Part shown: positions 21,620 to 34,600 of the stretch, piece by piece
How the letters are laid out: every line of letters begins with the position of its first letter
Position numbering within the stretch: the first letter of the stretch is position 1
DNA from: Spirogloea muscicola
Taxonomy: Eukaryota
Direction of reading: 5' to 3'
Assembly (NCBI GenBank): GCA_009602725.1
Contig: WELB01000007.1
Span: forward strand, 1,134,336-1,182,192
Length of the DNA: 47,857 bases
Program-made: the position numbers and the translations under genes
The notes under the pieces: model-generated
Database searches by the model: none
Told to the model about the DNA's origin: nothing
What the model saw: only the letters and a program-made list of their open reading frames with translations

Positions 21620-23870
21620 TTAGAGAGATGGGCTCGCTTATAGAGGATAGGGGCTGGGAAAGCCAGCCCAGTTAAGAATGAACAAAAACCAAAAGTCCTT
21701 AGGATGGCATAAGCCAACCTTTCATATGACGAGCGGCGGACTTAGCCGCAAGCCTTAAGCAACGCCCCGGCTCAGACTCAAATGGGTGATGACTTCTTGA
21801 TGGTGAGGAGTATCATCGCCATCAGGCTCAGGTACACTGTAGTGAGCAACCCGGCGAACGAACTCCCTGGCGTGTAGTCATATGCTATGAATGCGCCATG
21901 AGCCTGTTGTCTGTTGGACGAGAGCATCAATCTGGAAGGTGTAGCAGTGGAGACGAGGAAGGAAGTGGTCTTTCTAAAGAGGTGGCAAGTTGGTGTAAGA
22001 AAATGTGTCAAGTGAGCGAGAAATTGAGGGAGATGGAGGAGATCTTCAAGTAAAGAGGGAAGGCGCGCAGTGTGCATAGGATGAAAGGAGGCCAACCCGA
22101 GTTTAGGTAACAAGACGACAGCAAAGCTGGAGGGGGACCTCAGTACCCACGAGTGAGCACAGACAAAGCCGACAGGCTAACTTGGGGAGCCGGAGCACCG
22201 CCACAGAAGCCAGTGGCCTGGCTAAGACACGCCCAGCACGCTGGTAGATTGCCAATGCTTGAAAGCTGCAGACAGCGAAAGCCACCTTTTGTGACATGCA
22301 ACTATTGCGTGCGGAATCCTAGACTGCACAAAGCTGCCCCCCCAGCTGCGGCGACGCGAATCAACCAGCTGGGCCAGATGCTGGAGGAGAGAGGACAAGG
22401 TTAACGGCGCCATGTGCATTCTTCCCATAAGGCAAGTACAAGGTTCTGAAAGGGCCCAAGTAAACAGCTCTTTCAACGCAAGGCAATGGCTGTGAGAGGC
22501 CAGCCCACAGAAAGTGAGCTCCTCCAAAGGGGGCGGGGCTGTGAAAAGCCAGCCCAGGAAGAACTGACAAGGTCCAATGGGCCGGGTGGCGCCAAAACCG
22601 CCCAGCTATGCAAGAGACTACAGCGGATGGGAGCTTGGTAACGAGTCAGCGTCGTAAATCGGAGTAACTTGCAGCTGGAAAGAGAGAATGAGGCACCTGG
22701 ATGAGACCCAGAATTGGCAGCCACAGCGGGGTTGCCCACAAGTGTACCGTGTGAGCTTGGGAACGTTGGAGAAAGTTTGGCTCTCTTGGAAGGAGACAGG
22801 TAGCCGCATGCGGAACACCTGGGCAGGCGACCTGGCGGCGTTGAAGCCGGGCAGCTCACCTTGCGGTCCCTGCCGACGATCGATGGCCGGCCGTGTAAGT
22901 CGCTGCAGGAGGTGCACTGAGCTCTTCCACAAAGAATTGACAAGGTCGAAGGGGCAGAAAAGCGCTGAAACACCGAGTAAACAAGTACCATGTAGGAGAA
23001 GCACTTCCAAAAGCCAGTCCAGAAAAAATGGGCAAGGTCCCCAGTGCCGAAAGGGGCTGAAAGCACACTGCTGTGCGAGAGACTACAGCGAACGGGAGCT
23101 TCGTGACACACACAGCCGTCCCCCTCTACTGGAAGAGTCTCTCTTCATAGTAAGCCCAGAGCCCAAAGGAATGAACAAGGTCTGAGACCTGAGAGGGCCG
23201 AGAGGCGCAAACAAACACGAATCTATTCTCCGTGATTTTTGTGCGAATGACGCTCAACCTCTGGTCAGCAGAGTGCAGTGATCGGAGTAAGGAGAAAATT
23301 TCTGCTACTGCGGAGTTACTAGGCTCCCATTCGCTGTAGTCTCTTGCATAGCTGTGTGGTTTTGCCGCCTCTTGGCCTTCTCTTGGCCCAGGGGGAAGAA
23401 GAGAGAAGCGCGGCCAGATTGACTGGTGGCTGGGAGAGGCCAGCCCAAAGAAATGGACAAGGTCTGAAGGAGCCGGATGGCGCAAAAAGCAAGGTACTAA
23501 GAGGGAAAAATGCTTCCAACAGAAGCTTCTCTTTTTCCCAGAGGGCGACTGCTGTGCGAGGCCAGCCCAGGAAGGAATGCGGCTGCTGATACTGAAAGAG
23601 CGGCTGTGAAAACCAGCCAGATGCATACAGGTGGTCTTGACGGAGCCACAGGCTAGGCAGACAGGGCGCCCTAAGATGTGCTTGCCTTTGTACTTGGCCA
23701 TTTGGCCTTCGTTTGTTTCAAATACACGATATTTCTCATAGTACCCGCGGGTCAGCACCAGGAAGGCAGCGCTTGCTCGAAGTCAGATGAGCTGAGGGGA
23801 GAAGGCGCGGGCGGTGCGCATGAAATTGAAAGGGAGGCCAGTTCTAGCCTTACAAATGTCCTGTTCACTG
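21620..23870 (-). mobile_element. Cluster 3 of nested RLE retrotransposon 3'-end fragments (several families, mostly minus strand)
   Basis: Hairpin ends at ~21650, 22490, 22540, 23430, 23550 and 23600. ORF-terminal segments at 22140-22410 (same family as 47268-47520), 22637-22900 and 23740-23800. TSDs ccaca (22505-22509/22927-22931) and gaag (23762-23765/23779-23782). Confidence 0.82.
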
Positions 23871-24456
23871 GGTAATGAGCTGGCTAAGGGGGACACTGAT
23901 ATATCCCCGAAGGGGAGGAAACAGAATAACAAAGGGGCCAGATAAAGCGCTGAGCCATACAGGGACTCCACGTGGCCACGAGGCACTCTGTACCAGAGGG
24001 CGACGCGGACTACGACACTCTCGCAGCTCGGCCTCGCCGGCGGGCCGGGCAGCGCGGCGGGCCTCGCGGCGGCGATCGCGGGCATGGCGCCGCCGCCNNN
24101 NNNNNNNNNNNNNNNNNNNNNNNNNNNNNNNNNNNNNNNNNNNNNNNNNNNNNNNNNNNNNNNNNNNNNNNNNNNNNNNNNNNNNNNNNNNNNNNNNNNN
24201 NNNNNNNNNNNNNNNNNNNNNNNNNNNNNNNNNNNNNNNNNNNNNNNNNNNNNNNNNNNNNNNNNNNNNNNNNNNNNNNNNNNNNNNNNNNNNNNNNNNN
24301 NNNNNNNNNNNNNNNNNNNNNNNNNNNNNNNNNNNNNNNNNNNNNNNNNNNNNNNNNNNNNNNNNNNNNNNNNNNNNNNNNNNNNNNNNNNNNNNNNNNN
24401 NNNNNNNNNNNNNNNNNNNNNNNNNNNNNNNNNNNNNNNNNNNNNNNNNNNNNNNN

Positions 24457-27400
24457 CGGCCGCCGCGGAGGGCCGCCCGCCGCCCCGGACGCTGCCGCTG
24501 CGAGAGCGCAGCGTGCCGGCCACCCCGTGGGCTCGCGTCATGGGGTGAGCCCCCGCCAGACGGCGCGGCACGGGCTTGGCAGTGCGCCGATGGCCGGTCG
24601 TGCGCGCGCTCTGCCGAGCATGGATCAGGGTCCAGGCTTTAAGGTTTTAGGGTTTAGGGTTCGAACGGGCGGACGTGCTTGGCGGGTGCGGATGGTGCCC
24701 CACGGCCGCGGTCTCACCGGCGCGCTGCCTGGCTTGTGGCGGCGCCCCAGCCAGATTCGCGGGCTTGGGGGCGGACCTGGCGCTGGGCACCCTCCAGGAG
24801 TCGGCGCGGCGGCTCCTGGTGGGCACCGGCAGCGGCGGCGAGGGCGCCGGGCGGGCGTTCAGCGCGGCGCTCACGGAGCGCAACGCGGAGCGGCTGGCGC
24901 TGGCCCTGTGCCGCATGCGCGGCGCAGCGCTCAAGCTCGGCCAGATGCTGAGCATCCAGGACGAGGCCATCTTCCCGCCTCAGGTGATGTGGTGGCCTGC
25001 GCCAGCAGCACTTCTACGCCGAGGCCCGAGCCTGTGCCCTTTGACGGCTTGACAAGTTGCAGATCCAGATCCGGGGCGATTGTGGATCATATTACTGCAT
25101 GCTGTAAGCCAAGAGGCCGAAGTATGTCATGTGGGCGTTGTCTGGTATACAGTTCTGGTGAGCTTGTTAGATTCAGTCAAAGCACGCTGGCAATCACTGC
25201 AGCTGCTGTTGATAATCTAAAAGCACTAGAGATCATGCAGACTTCCTCTCCGGCTGCCCTTCCTTGTCTTGTGCAACAAGGGTTGGTCTTTTTGCAAACA
25301 GAGTTGGTCTTTCTGAATGCCCTTTGAGAACCTGGTCTGCATGCACCCTGCTCCGCAGATCCTGCAAGCACTGGAGAGAGTAAGGGCTGGCGCGGACGCG
25401 ATGCCTCGGCGTCAGCTGGAGCAGGTTCTGACGGCGGAGCTGGGCCCGGAGTGGAGAAGCAAGCTGGCGGACTTTGACTTCGTTCCCATGGCAGCTGCCA
25501 GCATCGGGCAGGTCACTGCACAGGCCGCTCTGGGATAGAATGTCGGGTCGCATGAGCACGAACATCGAAGCACCAGGTCATGTTCTGACGTTGCAAGCTA
25601 ATGCACACAGAGCACTGCACAGGAGCAGATGTGCAATCCAGGAGAAGTGCATGTCTGCAACTTTGCATTTTCGCTTCGCAGACATTTCCTTATTCCAGCA
25701 GCAACAAGGAGTCCCTGCTGAACCTCTCGTGAGATGCTGTGCTTAGTGCTACTGAAAGTTGGAGAGCTTTCCTCCTGCCAGATGTGTCTAGCACACATGC
25801 TGGGGAGGCCGGCGGCTGAGGCAGGTGTGGCTGATGTGGCCATGGATCCTGGCGAGTTGACTCTGCCAGGTGCACAGGGGGGTGATGGCAAGCGGGCAGC
25901 ACGTGGCAGTGAAGGTGCAGTATCCGGGGGTGGCTGACAGCATCGAGAGCGACATTGAGAACCTCAAGCGGCTCTTGCGCTTCACCAACCTTGTGCCCAA
26001 GCAGCTGTACCTTGACCAGGCTATGAAGGTGAGCATCTTGCAGCTGCGTGCAGCACAATCATCCACTCCTCTTGCCATTGGAGCGTTCCTCACAACGACG
26101 GGCATTTGCTAATGGAAAAGGCTATACGTCCCAGGTTCTTGGGTTGGCTTCCTTGACTTCGCAGCATGGCCATGCGCTGAGCTGCCTCCATTCCTGAGCC
26201 CACAGTCACGACTGACGGCAGGTAGCCAAGTCTGAGCTAGCCAGGGAATGCAACTATGTGGCGGAAGCGGAGAGCCAGAAGCGGTACCAGGCGCTGATGA
26301 AGGGCGAGCACGGTTATCACGTTCCTGACGTAATAGACGAGCTCTCAAGCCGGCGCGTGCTCACCACCGAGCTGGTTCCAGGTGAGCAGCTGAGCCTCCT
26401 TTATGCTGTGTAAGGGTCAAGCTGTCTGAGGGCGAGATATTTTGTCCTGTCAAGGTTGGACTTCAAACGGAAATTTGAGCAGATTGTCAATCTCAACCTC
26501 TGTGTGCCCAGCGTGCAGGTCTGACCATTGACAAGGTGGCGAGTCTTGGCCAAGACGTCCGGGACAGCGTAGCAGAACGTCTTTTGAGGCTCACCCTTCG
26601 AGAATTATTTGTCTTCCAATTTATGCAGGTGAGCTTCAGCCTGTGCTTCAGGTGCTTCACAGGTGGCCCTGGTTAGCTGCCGGTGCCTTGAGAAATGGCA
26701 ACTCAGCTTCTTAGAACAATTAACATGCTCCCAAGCTGCAGCCTGTCATCCTTGCGCGAGTGTGTCATTTCTGGTGGATATTTCTGGCCTAGAACAGAGC
26801 CCTGATAATGGAAGAATGAGTTTGGACATTCTAAGCTCTGTACTTGCCGAGTAGGTACTGACTGGTGACCTCAGCTGTGCCTCTGCCGTGTTGCACATTG
26901 ACAGACGGATCCAAATTGGGGCAATTTCTTGTATGATTCTGAGACTGACACGATCAACCTCATCGATTTTGGTGCAGCGCGCAACTATCCTAAGCCATTC
27001 ATTGATGACTATCTGCTCATGGTAGTCACATACTGCCTTCAGCACTTTGACATCATGCATTTTATGATACGAGACCGGCCATAATAAAGTCCTGGGCAAA
27101 TAAACCATGGCATCACATTGCAATATCCAGGTCTAGTACCTCCCCTGCATGGAGCAAATTTGACCTCTGGTCATGATTCCTTTCCTAGGAGCTTACTCTT
27201 TCTGACAATACAGGTCTTGATAGCGAAGCAGCGTACTGTGCAGGTGCGAGCATGTGCTGATAGAAACGGAGACAAAGTCATTGCGATGTCAAGGCGACTG
27301 GGCTTCCTGACTGGCGACGAAAGTGAGGTGCTGCTCGACGCCCACACGCAGGCGGCCTTCATGGTTGGCTTGCCCTTCTCCAAGCTGGGCAACTTTGACT

Positions 27401-27795
27401 TTCAGACAGGGGACATTACGAGGAGGTAAGCATTCACACTGCTGGCATTGTGTACATCATAAGCATTGTGCTGTGGTCGCCTTTGGCTATCAGCAAAGTG
27501 TTCTGCCTGCTGGGGGTAGTCCATGCATCTGACAATGGGTCCTACACTTGATGGGGGCTTTAGGGTCACGGAGCTGGGAGCAACGTTGGTGCAGCACCGC
27601 TTGACGCCGCCGCCAGAGGCGGCATACAGCCTTCACAGGAAGCTCTCAGGGTGCTTCCTCGCATGCATCAAGCTCAGAGCCCGCCTGCCTTGCAGAGCCA
27701 TGTTACTGGACATCTTTGATAACCACGAATTTGGAGCACCTTCAGCAGAGGTCGAGCAGACGCAGAAGACTGTACAAGAAGCTCAAGCTGCATAA
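24457..27795 (+). CDS. ABC1: Mitochondrial ABC1/COQ8-like atypical kinase (UbiB family), multi-exon, 5' end in gap
   Basis: [26 protein letters not shown]...[37 protein letters not shown]...[11 protein letters not shown]...[38 protein letters not shown]...[37 protein letters not shown]. Stop ends at 27795. Confidence 0.93.
24638..24662 (+). promoter_or_regulatory. Telo-box-like interstitial telomeric motif in a 5' intron of ABC1
   Basis: TTTAAGG TTTTAGGG TTTAGGG TT seen directly. Regulatory role is inferred from plant telo-box (AAACCCTA) biology. Confidence 0.5.
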
Positions 27796-28674
27796 GACAG
27801 CAATTTCAGGGTCATGGGGTAATGGCGAAATTTCACCACCCAAGGCTGCTTAATTAGTCACTCTTGTGACTAATGGCTGTGACAGAATAAGTGCCAGCTA
27901 CAAGCTCTGTACATGTAGCAACTTATTTCTGCACTCTTAGTACCAGCATTCTATGATGTATTCACAGCGCGTGACAAGCCACACCTATCCCTACAATTTC
28001 GATGTGAAGGCTATGCAAATGTTGCCACTTGGCATTGCAGCAAGGATATGTAGAGCAATCTTTTGTGGATAGACATGTGATAGCTCATGTTAGATCCCAG
28101 CTGTCAATCTTGTGAATAAATCAGGGCATTCACACTGGCTTGAGCAGACTCAGACACCCTGGGTTTGCACCTGTCGTAGCCCAGTGCTAAATTCCTGTAG
28201 TGTTGTACAGAGCTCACAAAAGTTGCTTACAAGACTGTAACATCCGAAGATGAAGCTTTTGTAGGCAATTAACTACAGAGAGAATGTGATTGGCATGGAT
28301 GCTTTCAAGCCCAAGATTCACGCTGCAGATATGCATGACTGCGTAACTGTGCTCACAGTAAGAAGCTGATCCGCCAGGCACACTATTAGGGGGGGCAGAC
28401 TTCAGGCAAGAATTGTAGCTGGTTAAGAAATTGGGGGTTTCAGGTGGATGAGTGCTGGACGTGAATTGCAAGGAGTCCGACATGCCTCTCTTCAAGCAGG
28501 CTTCTCTCTGTGATACCTTTTTGACAGCCATCTATCCCCAGATCGCTTAAATTGCTGAGCTCTGCAATTTGGCAGAGTTAAGGTTCCCAAGAGGCCCTTA
28601 CCACAGCAGCTGTACCAGCTAAAGGGGATTAAGGAAGTGGCACGGAATTATACTAATGGACCACTGAGTGAGGG

Positions 28675-31600
28675 CTATGATCTCTCTGCAGCGGCCTCAG
28701 CAGCTCGTTGCCGCAGCATCTCATTGACTGCTGCTCGCCGCCTTGACTCCATCTGTAGCGTTAATCGCTTCAGATGATCCTTCAAGTCTCTACACAGCAC
28801 AACAGCAAAGCCATGCAATTACATTCAGTCATGGAAAGCATAGCATGAGAGCTTGCGCAAAGTTGTGAAAGGTCCTTCTCAGATGACCCAAAGACCCATA
28901 TGACAAGGCAGCAACAGTGAGTGGCCAAAGCTAGGCTGTACGCCTTACTTGCACCGAGGCACTCGGCACCCAGGCTCTTTGCAGGATCGTGCATGGAGCT
29001 GAAGGAGAGTCCACATGCGCTTGCAGAGCGTGCAGCCCCCCGCCACTCTGATGTTGCACATCCTTCCATGCCAGAACAATCGCTTCACGCTGCTGCACTT
29101 GGGATATCCGCAATTCTGCCTGATGGTACACACGGACGCATGTCCCAGCAGCTCCATCATCTTCCGTAGCTGCAAGGAGTCAAAGCACAACTTTTGATAA
29201 GTAGCCCTTCATACCTATATAAAATGACGGTCTGCACACAAGCACCAAGTTGAACGCAGTTGCTCCAGAGAAGGGACAACCCTATTACCTGTAACACTCG
29301 CTGCTGACGGGCCTCCTTATTCTGTGCGTTGCGGTCTTGAGCTGATGGATGAGGCACGAGCTTGTGCGGATGCTTGTGTGACTCATAGCACAAGTTGCAG
29401 AGGTCAAAATCGGGGCAGACATCACACCGCCAGCCAGCACCAGTCTCAATATCCTTCTGGCACTTATTGCAAGTGCAAACGAATGCTGGGGCTGTTGGGT
29501 TGTGCAAGTGGTACAAGACCATCATGCTGGAGTGCTTGGCCCGCCGCAGGGTGTCATACTGATAGTGGTTGCCCTGGCAGAGAGAGAGGAATGCTTGTCT
29601 TGTGTCAAAAAATTCGGACTCCATAATCTCATCTTGATCCCTCGTCTCGGCTGGCGCATCCACCACCTTCTCCTGCAGCCCATACAGCAAAGACTTGATT
29701 CAATGAGTAGGTAGATTATTGAGGGGCAACATAAGGAAATGCTTCTGTTTTATGAGACTACACCCCAGTCCCTCAAGGACCTCAGCCGTCCACAATATGC
29801 TGAAGCCTCAGCCTCATTCGGTTTGCAGCTCAACTCAATAACAAAGAAGGTATACAGGGGTCCCAAGAGAAGATTCTGACCATAATCAATGGATGGGCTT
29901 CTTTCGCTGCTATTGGATGTCTATCTTTATCATCCCTTCGGACTTCAGCATCATAGCAACTGTGCCAACCAAGAAGTAATAGTCCATTAATAGGTGCTGC
30001 TATACGTGCTGAATGACTAGTGAGGTGCATGTCTAGGTATCTCAAAACATTGACCATGCAAAGAGAAATTCAAGGAAGCACATTGACCATCACCATAAGT
30101 ATATTGTTACGTGCTGACCTCCGACACAAATTGAAGGAGGGGCATTGGGCACAATAATAGCGGAACCCAGATGTGATGAAGTTTCGACAGTGGGTGCAAC
30201 AGTGATGCAGATGGACCATGATGAAGTCCTCCTTCATGGGCAGTATTGACTCCCCCAGCTGGATTTAATAACGTCAATCAGTCAGCTAGAAGTCTCAAAG
30301 CATGCTATGGTACGTCCAGGTAGAGAGGGGAATAAAGTAAGTGTCAAAACAAGTCAGAGGACAGCCAAAGTCTTGACATGACAGACCCAATGTGCAAAAT
30401 TCAGCCCTGGCCCTAGAGAGTAACAGCTGCAATGCTGCAAGCATCTCAACACGATGTAGCTTGCCTATGCCAACACATACCTTGTGCATGAGCTGAAGGT
30501 CCAAGGAAGCATTGGCAGGTAGCTCCTCTGGCTCTGGCAGGCTCTTCCCACCACGCTTGTTAGGTGCCGCCTTGGTCTGCTTCTTTCCCTTCTTCAGGGT
30601 CTTCTTTTTTGCGTCCTCCTTCCCTTCCTCCTGTATCTCAAAGAGGTACTATGTTCATGCTGCAGGCTAGTGCACCTGCATTTGGACACACAAAGACCAG
30701 CAAAAACCTGGGACATATACGTAGGAGGAGGACCTGAAGCTGGAGAATCATGTCCTCGGCAGCACCAGGCCAGTAGTCCCCATCGAAATATGGTAGCCTG
30801 GCAGCTGTGACCCTTGCCCTGCTCTCTCCCGTGGTCACAAAGAATGTGTCGTAGAGATTTACAGTCTCCACCACAATACCCTCATTGGCTGCCTTCCGCA
30901 ACATTGAGAGATACCTACAACCACTCAAAAACTTGATAAGACTCTAACAATGGCATCAGGTTGCTTGCAAAGACACCTCCACTTGTTGCTCAAGAGGTAA
31001 AGAGAGACTGCAGCACTCTTGAAGTTTGGTGTGTTTTGACATTTGCCAGACTTTTGCCATGGCTAAAAAGGAGCAGTTATGAGAAATTAGTTCTACACAC
31101 CACTCTCGAAGCTTGTCAGACTTGGGAGTCTTCTGTATCTCTGGATGGCAGTAGAGTATGTAATCCTCCCCTTTCAGCGGTGGACAAGCCCAAATGTAGC
31201 AGCTGCTGAATCCCCGCAGCTTGCAGAAGTCTAAATATGCAATCTGCACATATAGACATACCAATATTCGGACAGCAATTATAGCAGATTCAAGAACGTG
31301 ACATTGATACACAAAAGATTCTGAGCACAGTGTGTGCAAAAAGACCTTCATGCATTGCAACTAGCCATACCAGAATCTCGTGGTATATGTATGTGCGAAG
31401 CGCGTCTCCAGACACTGTCCTGACGTCTGGCCGGAAGTACTTCACAGAATCCAGATAGGATAGGTAGACTCTTCTATGGTTTGGTTGAGCACAATCTGCT
31501 CCAAATTCTTGCACGTACATTCCAAAGAGGCACACCTCCACGCCTTCTATCCGTTGAAAGAGGAGGACGACCTAGACAGATTATCGAGCCCACACCTTAA

Positions 31601-34600
31601 GTACCAGAGCAACAGCTTCAAAGAATTGCCTTCGCAGCAAGAAGATGAAGGTCTTGCGCCCCACATAAATGTTCTGCAGCCTTTGTAGTTGTGCAGCACT
31701 TGCACACAAGCAAGGGTTCGAGAAGCTGGAGGTACCAAAGCTCACAAAGACCTGCAATCGTAGGTTAAATAACGGCATATCTATACTTCATTTTCATTTT
31801 CCTCTGCATAGAGGACACATTGCTCAAAGTGACCTACCTTGGACTTGTATGCAAACTCAGAGGCGTAGTCATGCTCCTGGAAAATCTCTAGGAATCTTGG
31901 CTTGGTTTCCACTTTCTTGTCAACTGAAGATACCACCCTCACCACAAGCGCTTCAGCTGCAGGAACCTGCTCCATCAAGGCAATGCAGTCAGCGCCAAAG
32001 CCCATAAGCAATCATCCAAGACATACTTGTAGCAGCTGATAGCATCAAAATGCTGTAGCTGGCGATGCGTGAGGATGCGTCCCTTGCGCCTAACATCACA
32101 CACTTAAGCTATGTAATCACCTCCTCTGGTGGCTGCCCTGACCGCGCTGCTCTTTCCTTCCTCTCCTGCTCAAGCTTCACTGTCAGTCTTCTCTCTAAGT
32201 GGTCGCTAAGAACTGTCTTCGGAAGGTCCTTGGCTCCAAGAACAGCAGATGGGGGGAGGGGTTGTCGATTGCCAGCTTCCATCTCCCTGCAACAACATTC
32301 TGGGCAAGTGTATGCAGCCTCGCCGCCCTCATTGCGACGGGCATTGAAGAGAGCGCATATCTGGTGTTGCCACTTCTTGCACTCATCGCATTCCACCCAC
32401 TGCACCAGGAGAAAGCAACCATTCATGTCACTGGCAACAACATGAGCACAACTTAAGGTTTGTTCAAATTGAATTGTCTATATTATCAACAGTATGTTCC
32501 TCTAATTAAGGGAGCAAATACAGGTCCAGGGCCAAAGTGACTGATCAGATGTGCAAGATACAGTACATTAGCAGCACTTACCCCTTCCTCTGTTTCTTCG
32601 TCATTTTTCCGCTTCTCCAACCTAGCCTTTTGGTAGGTTGATCCTTCCATCTCCACAACATCGCCCTTGATATCACCGTAGCAAGGCCCGCAAAAGTAGT
32701 GCCTCGATTCTCCTATGCCAACAGTGTAGTACACTGCGTTCCTCTTGATTCGTGATCCACACGCAGTGCAGTATATTGGAGGTGGTTCAAAGGAGAGTCT
32801 CTCCATGGCACAGAGTGGGCATGCATTCTCATTTGGCTCCATGGCCTGATTCTTCTCTGCCCTAGCCTTGCTCTGCATATCACAACCAATCCAAACCTGG
32901 AGTCAAAAATTGCTGGTACCTATCAACGTACTGTCAATGCACAGCTTCATTCCCCCCCTCTTCAGGGGTCCTCACATCAAGGTCAGCAACCCTGTCAGAA
33001 GTACAACGGACCATGAAGTTGGGGTACAGGGCGCACTGCTCACCTGGCCCACCCACTGTTTCAGGCCTCGAATGTGCTCCCTTATCATCTGAGGAGTGAA
33101 GAGCTCCATTAGGGAGGCTGCTCCACTCTTCCTCGCTTTTGGCGCCATGGCTGAGGCATTTGCCAAGGCTGACGTTGAAGAGGCCTGGGCTGCAGCCCGC
33201 TGGCTGGCTGAGGCAGCGGTGACTGCCACAGGAGCACCTGCTACCTGCTGCGCCAAGGGCCTCCCAGCCTTGGCCTCTTGCTTTGGCACTTTGCCATTCA
33301 GAGCTACAGACTCGACCTTGACAGGAAGACGATGTGTAGTGCCCAAGCTGCTTGCTTCCAGCTTCACCTCTGGCTTCACCTGACCTGCCTCTGCTCTGAG
33401 ATCGACCTTGGAAAGAGGCTCGACTTTCACAGCAGGCACGTCGGCCTTGACTCGAGCAGAGGGCAAGTGCTCTCCGTGGGGCTTGGCAGTGGCAAACCCT
33501 ACGTTCACCTTAGCAATCCTCTCTTGCTCCACAACATTAGCACCAGCAAGTGAAGCTGTCATAGATGTTATCTTTGGCTTCTTGCTTGGGGGTGGCGATG
33601 CAGCTGAGCCTGGAGATCCCACGCCATCCACATCTTCCTGCTGGCGCATTGCAGAAGCAGCAACTTGGCCAGGGCCTGGCAACAGTCCAGCAGGTTGAGC
33701 GGGCCCCTGCCCAGCCAAACCGCAGCCGGTAGCGGTAGTCCGCGAGGCCTGTTGCGCCTGCGCAGCATTGTTGGCTGCCGACGCCCTCTGCTGATGTACA
33801 GCCCTCCTCACCGGCTCGCACACGGGGCATCTCGTGTCCCTGCAACCCTTGTGATGCTCAAGCAGCGTCCGCGTGGCAATACAGCGTTGGTACGTACACT
33901 GAGGGTCCCGGCAGGCGGAGACGTGAGCCCACAGCTGGCGTGCCATGCTGCAGTGCAGCGTGGCCGTGCACTGGCCTTCAGGAGCCGTGCATTTGCTCCC
34001 ATGTCGCAGAAAGTGGAGCCATCTTTGCTGCTTCTGGTACTGAGCTGCCCGTTGGGGGTCCACAGCTACCGCTGGAGCCGTGGTGCTTGGCGGCCCCGCT
34101 GCTCCAGCATCTGCACGGGCTTGCGTCACAGCCAAATGCTGACCTGGCTTCTGAATCCGTGCTTGCACCTGAGCTTGAGATTGAGCCGGGCCCTGAGCCT
34201 GCGGCTGCGACTGCCCTGGCGTCAGTTGAGAAGCCTGCGCGAGCGCCTGCACGTGACCCTGGCCCTGCCCTTCAGCCTGCTCCAGCGCTCCAGCTTGCCG
34301 TGAGTGCAGATGTTGATCTACACTCGCAGGTACTGTCTGCTGGCTGGCCGACAGGTTTGCCCGCCCATCTTTGCCCTTCACCAGAGCCTGCTGCCGCAGC
34401 AGATTCATTGCGGTGCTGCCCACCTGCTGCTGAAGCTTCTGCTGTGGCTGCTGCACGGACGTAGTAGTGGAAGTATCTGCACCATACGTGGTTCCGTGAC
34501 GCAACTGATCTGGCGGCTGAGTATCGTGCTGCTGCGGCTGCTGCTGCTGCTGCATTGGTGCCAAGCCAGGCACTGGGATCATTTTGCTGAGGGGTTGATG

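Noticed and set aside
27853..27874. Perfect 9-bp inverted repeat ATTAGTCAC-tctt-GTGACTAAT in the ABC1 3' UTR
   Set aside because: Single occurrence with no supporting context. One such stem is plausible by chance in 48 kb.
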